From a virus (taxonomy: Duplodnaviria > Caudoviricetes): DNA of 28,079 nucleotides. The stretch lies in IMG/VR virus record IMGVR_UViG_3300025805_000202, positions 1-28,079 of that record. One strand, written 5' to 3'. A program made the position numbers and the translations under genes. Below the pieces are notes generated by a model that searched no databases, was not told the origin of the DNA, and saw nothing but the letters and a program-made list of their open reading frames with translations. Of this stretch, positions 17,113 through 24,625 are shown piece after piece; position 1 is the first letter of the stretch, and each line of letters opens with the position of its first letter.

Positions 17113-18458
17113 CACCAGGCCCCTTTCGCGCCCGCCAACGGGTCGTCGTCGTCATCGTCGAAAGATCCGTCCCAACGGCTGTGTTTGCCGGGGGCGGGGG
17201 TGTAGGCGTATTCGGTCGGCGGGGGCGACGCGGCATAGATCCCCAAAAAGGCGGCCCAGGCCCGGTCGGCGTGGCCGTCGCCCCCCTCGACATCGAAGCG
17301 GATGTTGCCCGCCGCCGTGGTGACCTTGCGCAGGCTGTGCAGATCGGCACGCACCCACTCGTTGCCCGACGGGATGCGCACCTTGCGGTCTTCGAACGCC
17401 TCTTTCGCGACGTGGGCCAAGTGCTGCTTGGCATCGCCGGTGAAGAGCACCCCCTCCACCCGGCTGTCACCGTAGCGGCGCTTGGCATCCTCGACCGGTT
17501 TTTCGCCCATGCCGGTTTGGTCCATGCACAACCTGACCGGGTTATACCGGCGCATCAGAGCGTCGAGGGTCTGGTCCTGCTCGCGGAAGCTGGCCCGTTT
17601 GAGGGTGACGATCTCTCGCGTCCACAACACGTCGCCGACCCGCTCCCACACCCAGGAGCACCATAAATCGTTGCGTGCGGCGATGTCGTTGCCGATGTAG
17701 GTGCGCCCGTTTAAGTACCTCTCGGGCAGACCGGCATCGTCGTGTTCGACTGCGTTGATCAGGTCGTAACTGAGCCAGGCGCTGGCCTCGTCGAGCCAGT
17801 TGAGTTCGTACTCTTGCGCCCAGGCGTCGGGGTCATTGATCCCCTTGCGCAGCAGGTCAATGTCGCGGGGCAGGCCATCGGCCACCGCCTGGTAGATGTC
17901 CACGACGTGCCGCGACCAAGGGGATTCGGGGTCTCGATCGGTCATCAGCTCGTAGAACTTATTGCCTTTGCCGTTGGGGGTGCTGACCACCCGCAACTTC
18001 CACCCCGCCGAGATCACCGGGAACAGTGCGGTCCAGATCTTGCGGCTGTCGGCGTGAAACCCGAACTCATCGAGGAAGACGTTGCTCGAAAACCCGCGCG
18101 CGGTGTCGGGGTTGGCGGGCAGGGCGGTGATGCGCGACCCACCTGGCAGCGTGACTTCCAACGCTTTGATCTGCACGCCTTCGAATTGGTCGATTTCGAC
18201 CAATTCGAAGGCGGCTTGAAGGGCTTGAAGGTGCCGCTTCACCCCCTCTTCCATTGCCTCACGAGCCTGCCTCTCGCCGCGTGACAGAATCACCCACCGG
18301 GTGCGCTTTCCCGCTGCCTCGGCCCGCACACAGTCGAGCACGATTTCAAGCGTGGTCGTGAAGGTTTTGCCAGTCTGACGGGCGAACATCCCGACCTTGA
18401 AACGGGTGCGGTCGGCCAGCCAGCGTTGCTGATAGGGGTAGAGCAGGGGGGCGCTCAT
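17112..18458 (-). CDS. Terminase large subunit (Mu gp28-like)
   Basis: LYPYQQRW, ARQTGKT Walker A, LDEFGFH Walker B, STPNG, DQTGMG, GHADRAWA; ATGA coupling at 18455-18458. Confidence 0.95.
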   Translation of the reverse strand: MSAPLLYPYQQRWLADRTRFKVGMFARQTGKTFTTTLEIVLDCVRAEAAGKRTRWVILSRGERQAREAMEEGVKRHLQALQAAFELVEIDQFEGVQIKALEVTLPGGSRITALPANPDTARGFSSNVFLDEFGFHADSRKIWTALFPVISAGWKLRVVSTPNGKGNKFYELMTDRDPESPWSRHVVDIYQAVADGLPRDIDLLRKGINDPDAWAQEYELNWLDEASAWLSYDLINAVEHDDAGLPERYLNGRTYIGNDIAARNDLWCSWVWERVGDVLWTREIVTLKRASFREQDQTLDALMRRYNPVRLCMDQTGMGEKPVEDAKRRYGDSRVEGVLFTGDAKQHLAHVAKEAFEDRKVRIPSGNEWVRADLHSLRKVTTAAGNIRFDVEGGDGHADRAWAAFLGIYAASPPPTEYAYTPAPGKHSRWDGSFDDDDDDPLAGAKGAW

Positions 18459-19003
18459 ACATCCACGCCGTAGCTCTCGCGGATGATCGCGCGCAGGCGG
18501 TCGGGGGTGATCGCGCCGTTCGACCCTCTGGCGTCCTCGGTGACCCTTTTGACCAACTCCTCCGCCGTGCGGCGCCGAACCTCCTCCTCCCATTCCTTCT
18601 GCCCCCGGCTGGCGCGGCTTAGGTCGGCAATGGCCCTGGCTGCCTGATTGAGCAGCTTCAGGCGCTCCCCAGGCGGGGCGGTTTCGGCCTCTTGCACCGC
18701 CAGCAGGGCCTCGAATAGATCCGACTGAACTAAGCCGATCACCGCAGCACTGCGGTGATCGGCATCGTCAGGGGCCGCCTCGGCAATCAGCCTCGCTGCA
18801 TCGGTGCTGGCCTTCAGCGCCGCCAAGCGGCGCTCCAGCATCTGGCTACGGGTACCAATGGCGGTTTTGCCGACACTGTAACCTCGGGCGGCCAGCTCCT
18901 GGCTCAGCCGCACAAACCCCGAATGCCCCCCCTCGACCAGAGCGCGGTCCAGCCATTCGCGCACCGGCTTGGGCAGTGCCTCGATTTTCGACCTAGGCGG
19001 CAC
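18455..19003 (-). CDS. Terminase small subunit (Mu gp27, DUF3486)
   Basis: PRSKIEALPKPVREWLDRAL N-terminus; GTG start at 19003 or 19009. Confidence 0.85.
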   Translation of the reverse strand: MPPRSKIEALPKPVREWLDRALVEGGHSGFVRLSQELAARGYSVGKTAIGTRSQMLERRLAALKASTDAARLIAEAAPDDADHRSAAVIGLVQSDLFEALLAVQEAETAPPGERLKLLNQAARAIADLSRASRGQKEWEEEVRRRTAEELVKRVTEDARGSNGAITPDRLRAIIRESYGVDV

Positions 19004-19005
19004 GC

Positions 19006-19317
19006 TCACCACCACTTTTTGGGGCGGCTGATCCCCGCCGGGGCGGGGGTGGCGTACTCCACCACGTTGACCCCTTGGGCGGTCATGCTGGCCATCCAGG
19101 TGGGGGTTTCTTCGCACTCCAGGGTGACCAGCCCGCAGTCGCGCAGGTAATCCAGTTCGCGCCGCAGTCCGTGGGGGGTCATGGGCAGATCGATGTCGGC
19201 CAGAGCGCGGTACAGCACGGTTTCGGCCACAGCGCTGGGGCGCCCGGCATCCAGCGCCCGCAAAATGCGCCAGCGGGTCTCTTCGCGCTGGGCTTTATCC
19301 AGATCAATCTCGTGCAT
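19006..19317 (-). CDS. Mu gp26-like winged-helix protein
   Basis: RWRILRAL...LRRELDYL...GLV...T..G..VVE...GI.RP; position before terS. Confidence 0.75.
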   Translation of the reverse strand: MHEIDLDKAQREETRWRILRALDAGRPSAVAETVLYRALADIDLPMTPHGLRRELDYLRDCGLVTLECEETPTWMASMTAQGVNVVEYATPAPAGISRPKKWW

Positions 19318-19630
19318 GGGGTTTGGCCTCCAACACCCGGTCGAGCTTGTCGCGCAGGTGGTCAAGTTTGGCGTCGATGCTGGAGCTAAACCGAATCCAG
19401 TCCTCGCGGCGCACGTACTCGCGGGGCAGTTCGGCTTGCAGCTTCAGCAGGTCTTTTTCCACGCGGTCGATTTTGTCGCCCCCTTCGCGGTTGGCTTTTT
19501 GAATGCCGTCCAGCTTGCCGTCGATGTGTTTGACGTAGCGGTCGAGCAGCCACTTCACCGCCCAGAACAGCACCCCCGACCACAGGGCAATCAAGGTGAC
19601 CAAGGGGCCGAGGTCCGCGATTTGATTCAC
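19304..19630 (-). CDS. Membrane-anchored coiled-coil protein (Mu gp25 position)
   Basis: GTG at 19630; N-terminal TM segment, LPREYVRREDWIR...IDAKLD motif. Confidence 0.75.
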   Translation of the reverse strand: MNQIADLGPLVTLIALWSGVLFWAVKWLLDRYVKHIDGKLDGIQKANREGGDKIDRVEKDLLKLQAELPREYVRREDWIRFSSSIDAKLDHLRDKLDRVLEAKPHARD

Positions 19631-19832
19631 TTCCCCCCCCCCGCTCGAACTCCTTTTGGCAATCGATGCAGCGCAACGCTCCTGGCTTGAGCGCCAGGCG
19701 CTCGGAGGGGATCGGCTCCCAACACACCCAACAAATGCCGGTCTCGTTGCGCTCCGGCTCGCTGCGGTAGCGGTCGAGCGCCTCGCGGCGCTGGATTTCT
19801 TCGACCTCGAAGGCCTGATCGGCGATGTCCAT
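19627..19832 (-). CDS. TraR/DksA C4 zinc-finger protein (3' end ambiguous at a G10 run)
   Basis: MDIADQA...CWVC..PIPSERL...PGALRCIDCQ; as assembled it reads on to 19386, but G11 or G8 would stop at 19627. Confidence 0.85.
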
Positions 19833-19838
19833 CGTTCC

Positions 19839-20312
19839 TCACACACTCAATAGCAAGGCGGCTTCGGCCTCGCGTCGCAGAACCAAACCGGGCAGCTTTC
19901 TCCCGCCGCCCCACACCCAGCGGCGCATTTCATTGGCCGCCTCGCGCCAGTCGGCCTCGTTGATCCGTCGCCTCATGGTCGAGGCCCGCAGGCGACCCGA
20001 CCCGAGGTTGAAGGTCCAGTCGGCGACGGCGGCCAGGCGTTGGGGCGATTCGTGGGTCAAGATCGGGCACACCCGCAGGGTTTGCGCGACCGCGTCGCCC
20101 ATGTCTGCCTCCAGGTAGATTTGGCCCTGCGCCTCGTCGATGGGGGGGTGATCGGGTCGGCATAGGTGGCCGTACCCGATGGTCCAATGCCCGGCGGGGC
20201 AGCGGTACGGTCGGGCCAACACCACCGGGGATCGCTGCACGACTCGCGCGAACCCTTCGAAGGAGATCGCCAGGTCGAGCGCCTGTTCGGGGACGAGTGA
20301 CAGGCCGCCCAT
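19839..20312 (-). CDS. Endolysin, phage lysozyme (GH24)
   Basis: FEG...YRCPAGHWTIGYGH, FNLG, RWVWGGG..LPGLV.RR..E motifs. Confidence 0.93.
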   Translation of the reverse strand: MGGLSLVPEQALDLAISFEGFARVVQRSPVVLARPYRCPAGHWTIGYGHLCRPDHPPIDEAQGQIYLEADMGDAVAQTLRVCPILTHESPQRLAAVADWTFNLGSGRLRASTMRRRINEADWREAANEMRRWVWGGGRKLPGLVLRREAEAALLLSV

Positions 20313-20315
20313 CGA

Positions 20316-20798
20316 TCACACCCCCTGTCGGTGGCGGATTACGCGATCCAGGAACCAAAAGTTGAGGATGCCGCTGAGCATTGCCAAGTCGGCGTCGGTG
20401 TAGGCGGTTGAAATCGCGGCGAGCAGATCGCCGCCCGACAGATACAGCGACACCGCCGCCGCCGTTTTGGCGCTGGCGTACAGCGCCAACAGCCAATAGG
20501 TGACGACGGGGCGTACCGATTGACTCAGACCGTCGATCCACCGCACACCCGAGGGCTTAGCCTGGGCAGCGATGGCGGTTTGGAGGGCTGCTAGCCCGGC
20601 GGCGTCGAGGGTGATCTGGCCTTGGGTCTTGGCTTCTTCGAGTCGCTCGGAGGATCGGTCGCGGTCGGCCTCGATTTGGCGATCAAACATCGCCAGCTCG
20701 TGCGCGCGCTCATTTTTTTTGTCGAGTTGGGTGAGTACCTCGGGGACCAGCCGCAACACACCGCCGCCGAGACCTGAGAGTAGGGATTCAAGGATCAT
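20316..20798 (-). CDS. Putative holin
   Basis: AGGAGG RBS; SVRPVVTY then two hydrophobic segments ending FWFLDR; directly upstream of the lysozyme. Confidence 0.7.
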   Translation of the reverse strand: MILESLLSGLGGGVLRLVPEVLTQLDKKNERAHELAMFDRQIEADRDRSSERLEEAKTQGQITLDAAGLAALQTAIAAQAKPSGVRWIDGLSQSVRPVVTYWLLALYASAKTAAAVSLYLSGGDLLAAISTAYTDADLAMLSGILNFWFLDRVIRHRQGV

Positions 20799-20845
20799 GG
20801 GCTTCCTCCTGGGGGGGGAGGATCGCCAGGCTGGAGCAGGGTGGG

Positions 20846-20864
20846 AACGGGATGGGGTTCCGGG
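20846..20864 (-). promoter_or_regulatory. Putative late-promoter activator (Mor/C) site upstream of the lysis operon
   Basis: CCCGGAACCCCATCCCGTT; 17/19 identical to 13512-13530. Confidence 0.6.
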
Positions 20865-20904
20865 GTGGTATTGCGGGGTTAATCAAGGGTCAGGCGAAGG
20901 GAGG

Positions 20905-20936
20905 AGAAAAGAAAGCCCCCGCCGAAGCGGGGCTTT
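20905..20936 (-). terminator. Rho-independent terminator after the antirepressor gene
   Basis: AAAGCCCCGC-TTCG-GCGGGGGCTTT stem with C(UUCG)G loop followed by CTTTTCT. Confidence 0.85.
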
Positions 20937-20941
20937 GGCAA

Positions 20942-21469
20942 TCACGACGATGTTTCTCCGATCCAGATCATGCTCGGGTTGGGCTCCTCCTCTCCGGTGA
21001 CGGCATAGTGCATCAGCAAATGGGCGTTGAGGTCGCAACGGCGCTTGAAATTCAATCCCTTCTTGGGGATTTGTTCGGCGTCGGCGCGACATCGCACCGT
21101 CAGCACACCGCTACCGTCATTGTTGGGCCGCATATCGACGACGTAGGCCGGGGAGTAAATATTGAGTTTGTGGGTGCGAATCACGTTGGAAGATTTGGCC
21201 ACCTCAAGGCTGAGCAGGTACTCGGTTTTTGGGCGGCCGCCGAAGAGGCCGGGGGTTTTTGCCAGCTTTGGCAAAAAGTCCGAACCCTCTGAAAAACCGT
21301 AGGTTTCGATTCGGTCTTTGATCCAATTGGCAAACATTTTGCCGACCCCCAGGTGCTTGTGCAGCGTCCTGGCATCGACCAGGGTCTGCTCGACCCCGGC
21401 CAAGGTGCCGGTGGTGGTGGGGATGAGGGTGGTACTGCTGGGGGTACTGCTGGGGATCAAGGCGCTCAT
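20942..21469 (-). CDS. AntA/AntB-family antirepressor with an unrecognised C-terminal region
   Basis: VDARTLHKHLGVGKMFANWIKDRIETYGFSEGSDF...GGRPKTEYLLSLEVAK; AGGAGG RBS. Confidence 0.8.
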   Translation of the reverse strand: MSALIPSSTPSSTTLIPTTTGTLAGVEQTLVDARTLHKHLGVGKMFANWIKDRIETYGFSEGSDFLPKLAKTPGLFGGRPKTEYLLSLEVAKSSNVIRTHKLNIYSPAYVVDMRPNNDGSGVLTVRCRADAEQIPKKGLNFKRRCDLNAHLLMHYAVTGEEEPNPSMIWIGETSS

Positions 21470-21508
21470 GGCGGCCTCCTGGGTGGGTTCCCCCCGCTGC
21501 TGCGCGGG

Positions 21509-21583
21509 TGGTGGGGGTGGGGCGGGTTAGCAGACCGGACCAGGTACCGGCAGCCCCGAGGGGCTCCCACCCAACCCCCACCA
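21509..21583 (-). ncRNA. C4 target structure (c4-a1b1-like) in the antirepressor leader
   Basis: Outer stem 21583-21566/21526-21509, hairpin AGCCC-CUCG-GGGCU, hairpin CCGG-UACCUGGU-CCGG, unpaired CUGCUAA. Confidence 0.75.
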
Positions 21584-21627
21584 TAGGGGGCCGAGCGTGC
21601 ACACCAGGCCCACCCCTGGCGGGGCGG

Positions 21628-21702
21628 GCGCAAAAAAAACCGCTGGCGCGGCTGGTGCGCCTGGTATCCGGGCTGCTGAACCCGTGCCTGCATGGGGCAG
21701 GC
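21628..21702 (-). ncRNA. C4-like antisense RNA
   Basis: Hairpins GCCUGC/GCAGGC, CGGGU-UCAGCA-GCCCG and CCGC-GCCA-GCGG-U8; linker ACCAGG; complementary to the downstream target. Confidence 0.75.
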
Positions 21703-21735
21703 GTGGGGATTGATGCCCGGATGGGGGGGGGCGTG

Positions 21736-22158
21736 TCAGTCCCACAACCTAGGCGCCACGACCTGTCGGGGTGTGCCTCGGTTGCGGATTTCGCGGATCC
21801 TCCGCTCGGTCAGCCCATACCGCAGGGCCAGGTCGCGGTTGATCTCGCCCACCGCAGCGCGGATTTGCGCGTCGCGGGCGGCGAGCAGGGCGGCGTGGCA
21901 ACGGGGGATGGGGAACCGAGCCTCTCCGCCTGCGAGGTGCGCCAGTTTTTGGGCCACGTCGTGCCCCACGGCGACGCTGAGCCAGTGATCTGGGGCTGGG
22001 CGGCGGGCCGGAACGTAAATTTCAGTGCCGCCCAAGAGGCGGATGACCCGTTCGGCGTCGGACCAACCCAGCCCCTCGACCAGAGCCTGAGCCGAGTCCG
22101 GTAGGGCATTGCTCTCGCGCAGGATGAGGGCGAAGTCGTGTGTGCGCGCGACGTTCAC
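21736..22158 (-). CDS. mor: Mor/C family transcription activator
   Basis: LP...LVE.LG......LGGTEIYVP...IPRC..AL...RD..I...LALRYGLTERRIREI; GTGA coupling to gemA. Confidence 0.85.
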   Translation of the reverse strand: MNVARTHDFALILRESNALPDSAQALVEGLGWSDAERVIRLLGGTEIYVPARRPAPDHWLSVAVGHDVAQKLAHLAGGEARFPIPRCHAALLAARDAQIRAAVGEINRDLALRYGLTERRIREIRNRGTPRQVVAPRLWD

Positions 22159-22613
22159 GGCTGCGTCCCTTCTGTTTTTCGATCCTTGGGGCCCAAGGCA
22201 ACCCCCTTGCGGCGCTGGTGGTACACCAATGCTGCGACAATCCGGCGCAGTTGATCCGGTGTACACCACTGCACCCGTTCGACCCCGAACATCTTCTTGG
22301 CCATGCCGTGGGCGTAGGGCCAGCCATACCCCAGGCTGGTCAACTGCGCCTCGATTTTGTCGATCGGCCGCTGCCGGGCGCGAGCGGGGTCGGGCTTGGC
22401 GGCCCGGTGCGGGTTGGTCTGGTGGGGCGGTAGGCCGCAGCGCTCCATGTAGACCAGCACCTGGGCGGCGCCGATGATCGTCAAGTGTTTGGCGCTGCGC
22501 ACCCCGGCCACCTTGTGCAGGGCGTCGCGGTAGGTGTCGTCGTCCCACCCCAGCTCTTTTTTGCCGATGTGGATCCTGGCCAGCAGGGGGCGGGTGATGG
22601 TGTCGGCGGTCAT
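22155..22613 (-). CDS. gemA: GemA / Mu gp16 (DUF1018)
   Basis: LARIHIGKKELGWDDDTYRDAL..VAGVRSAKHL. Confidence 0.88.
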   Translation of the reverse strand: MTADTITRPLLARIHIGKKELGWDDDTYRDALHKVAGVRSAKHLTIIGAAQVLVYMERCGLPPHQTNPHRAAKPDPARARQRPIDKIEAQLTSLGYGWPYAHGMAKKMFGVERVQWCTPDQLRRIVAALVYHQRRKGVALGPKDRKTEGTQP

Positions 22614-22655
22614 GATGCCCTGGCCAGCGCCAGCGCCGCCTCATGCGGATTGTTG

Positions 22656-22790
22656 TCAGCCATGCCTCGCCCCCCGGCACTCGGCGCAACGGTGGTCTGC
22701 GTCGTGCTTGGGCCTACGCACCAGGGCCAAGGCCAAGACAACGCCCAAACTGCCCAGGGTGATCCCGGCCACAAAAGCAACAGCGATCAT
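22656..22790 (-). CDS. Small membrane protein (44 aa; absent from ORF track)
   Basis: AAGGAG RBS; MIAVAFVAGITLGSLGVVLALALVRRPKHDADHRCAECRGARHG. Confidence 0.55.
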   Translation of the reverse strand: MIAVAFVAGITLGSLGVVLALALVRRPKHDADHRCAECRGARHG

Positions 22791-22886
22791 CGTTTTTCTC
22801 CTTCTCCGGTGAGCGCTTCATCGCCGCGCCCTCCGGGCTACCAAGCAATCGCGCCGAGGCGGCGCTCCTACACGTTGATGTCATTC

Positions 22887-22957
22887 GGCTGCTCGTCGGA
22901 CCCGGCGCACCACCGCCGGATGACCACCCCCCGCCTGGGCGGCGGAGGGGGTTTCGC
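22887..22957 (-). ncRNA. Type II hammerhead ribozyme (core CCGACGA, U4C variant)
   Basis: GC-GAAA-stem III-GUC-stem I (8 bp, loop GUGGUG)-CCGACGA-GC-AGCC; predicted cleavage between 22922 and 22921. Confidence 0.75.
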
Positions 22958-23120
22958 TTCCCCCCACAGGGGGGGCCATTACGTGGCCAGCGGCAGAGGC
23001 TCGCGAAAGGAGGAGCGCCCCCTGCTGCGGGTGTTGTTTCGATCCCATCACCGCCCGCTGGACGGGGCGCGGCCATTCCTGGCCCCCCCTAGGAGCCAAG
23101 GACCCCCCGCGCTGGGGGCG

Positions 23121-23648
23121 TTACGCGGCCTCGGCCTCGAAGGGGATGATCACGAAGTCCTCCACCCCGGTGACGATCTTGATGCCCGCCACCCCGGCCA
23201 CCGCCTCGGGTTCGTTCAGAATCGCCTCTTTGTTCGGTTCGCTTTTGGTGCGCACAAAACGCCCCAAACCCAGCCGCTCCAGGGTTTCCACCACGGCGTC
23301 GGCCCCGGTGATGCGGCACGAAGGGGGGCGCTGACGCCAGGCGATTTCGCCGGTCACCAAGTTGGCGGTTTTGCTCTTGCCGTTGCGGGTCAGCTCGTCG
23401 CGGTGGGCCTCGGCCCAGGTCTGCACCCCCTTTTGCAGGGCGGCCACCTCCTCCCCCAAGGCGTCGAGCTGGGGCTGATACTGCTGGGTCAAGGCGGCGA
23501 TCTGGTCGTTGAGCTGCGCCTGCAACCGCATCTGCTCACGGTTGAGGTCGCCAATCTGCCGCACAGCGGCGGCGGCTTGGTCCCGATTGGCCGGGACGGT
23601 CACCGCCACGGCGGGGGCTTTGATGCGGGTAGGGCTACGGGGGGGCAT
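23121..23648 (-). CDS. gam: Host-nuclease inhibitor Gam
   Basis: VQTWAEAHRDELT..GKSKTANLVTGEIAWRQRPPS...RFVRTK.EPNKEAIL; AGGAGG RBS. Confidence 0.95.
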   Translation of the reverse strand: MPPRSPTRIKAPAVAVTVPANRDQAAAAVRQIGDLNREQMRLQAQLNDQIAALTQQYQPQLDALGEEVAALQKGVQTWAEAHRDELTRNGKSKTANLVTGEIAWRQRPPSCRITGADAVVETLERLGLGRFVRTKSEPNKEAILNEPEAVAGVAGIKIVTGVEDFVIIPFEAEAA

Positions 23649-23662
23649 GGTGGCCTCCTGGG

Positions 23663-23827
23663 TTAATCCCGGCGCAGGGCGCCGGTGTAGGCGATCCAGC
23701 GATACCCCTGTTGGGACACCGCTCGGGTATGGCGCCGGTGACGTCGGTGACGCCGGGCGCTCTGGAGCAACCGCAGGGTGGCCACCAACAGCGCCACCCC
23801 GACAGCGAATAACACGACTTCAAACAT
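23663..23827 (-). CDS. Small membrane protein with a basic RRH-repeat tail (54 aa)
   Basis: MFEVVLFAVGVALLVATLRLLQSARRHRRHRRH...; overlaps the upstream stop; AAGGGGG RBS. Confidence 0.6.
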   Translation of the reverse strand: MFEVVLFAVGVALLVATLRLLQSARRHRRHRRHTRAVSQQGYRWIAYTGALRRD

Positions 23828-24380
23828 CGTTCGATCCCCCTTTAAGGCCGGTTTGCAGCATCTGCCGCACCGCCGCGAACCCGCCGACCAACTCCTGCTC
23901 CGACAGCCGGTCGGCCACCTGTGGCCGTTGGCTGGCGCGGGGTTGCCGGTAGGGGTTGCGCCGGGCCTCCTCTTGGCGCTCCTCCTCGGCGGCGGACTCT
24001 TGTTCGGCCAGATTGGCCACGACACCCCACAGGTAGCTGTGGGTTTTTAGGGGGCGCATCACCTTTGCCCCCGGCTTGCGGGCTTGGGCCACCACCTCGG
24101 CCATCCCCCGCACGATCAGCGCCCCGGTGATGGGCACCGGGCCGCTTTCGCGGGGGATTTGCCCCTGGTTTTTAACCGCCGCCAGGGCATCGATCCGTTT
24201 CGTGGCCTCGGCAAAATCGAGCCCTGCCCCCTTCGGATCGCGGAACAGGGCCAGGTAATCCAGCACCCCCTCACCCAGGTCGGCCTTCACCACCGCCGCC
24301 ACCAACCCCCGCGCCTGGGAATCGAGCGTCCACCCCTCCAGCGAGGCACAGGCGCCGCAACAGGGGCAGGTCAGGCGCAT
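23820..24380 (-). CDS. Mu-like hypothetical protein with N-terminal CPCC motif
   Basis: MRLTCPCCGACASLE...YLALFR...PLKTHSYL. Confidence 0.75.
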   Translation of the reverse strand: MRLTCPCCGACASLEGWTLDSQARGLVAAVVKADLGEGVLDYLALFRDPKGAGLDFAEATKRIDALAAVKNQGQIPRESGPVPITGALIVRGMAEVVAQARKPGAKVMRPLKTHSYLWGVVANLAEQESAAEEERQEEARRNPYRQPRASQRPQVADRLSEQELVGGFAAVRQMLQTGLKGGSNDV

Positions 24381-24625
24381 GGGGCGCCCGGCGGGGGTGG
24401 GGGGAGCGGCATCCAATACATGGGGGTGTGCGTCGAGTCGCCGCCGGTCAGACGCCACCGGTCGTGTCGGTCGAGACAGGCCGTCTCGACCCATCCGCCG
24501 TCGGGCAGCCCCGCATCGAACCAGACGAGCACATCCACCTGTCGGGGGGGCAGATTCTGGATAACCGGAATCCAGCCGTTGAAAGGCGTTTTAATGTCGT
24601 TTGCGCGGCTGATCGATCCAGGCAT
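24371..24625 (-). CDS. DUF551-family protein
   Basis: WIPVIQNLP...VLVW...YWMPLPPPP; TGATG coupling to B. Confidence 0.75.
   Translation of the reverse strand: MPGSISRANDIKTPFNGWIPVIQNLPPRQVDVLVWFDAGLPDGGWVETACLDRHDRWRLTGGDSTHTPMYWMPLPPPPPGAPCA

Noticed and set aside
19386-19626. C-terminal extension of the TraR/DksA ORF
   Set aside because: Out-of-frame overlap with a well-supported gene; arises only from the G10 length
21204-21693. ORFs 21466-21693 and 21204-21602 across the C4 region (ash/icd-like)
   Set aside because: No clear RBS and the sequence is better explained as structured RNA; a short icd-like peptide coupled to ant cannot be excluded
21709-21739. Sigma-70 promoter for C4 (CTGACA ... 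CATCAAT)
   Set aside because: Poor -10 match, and spacing depends on a homopolymer run
22714-23099. ORFs 22714-23076 and 22881-23099
   Set aside because: No recognisable protein features; they run through the hammerhead and hairpin region
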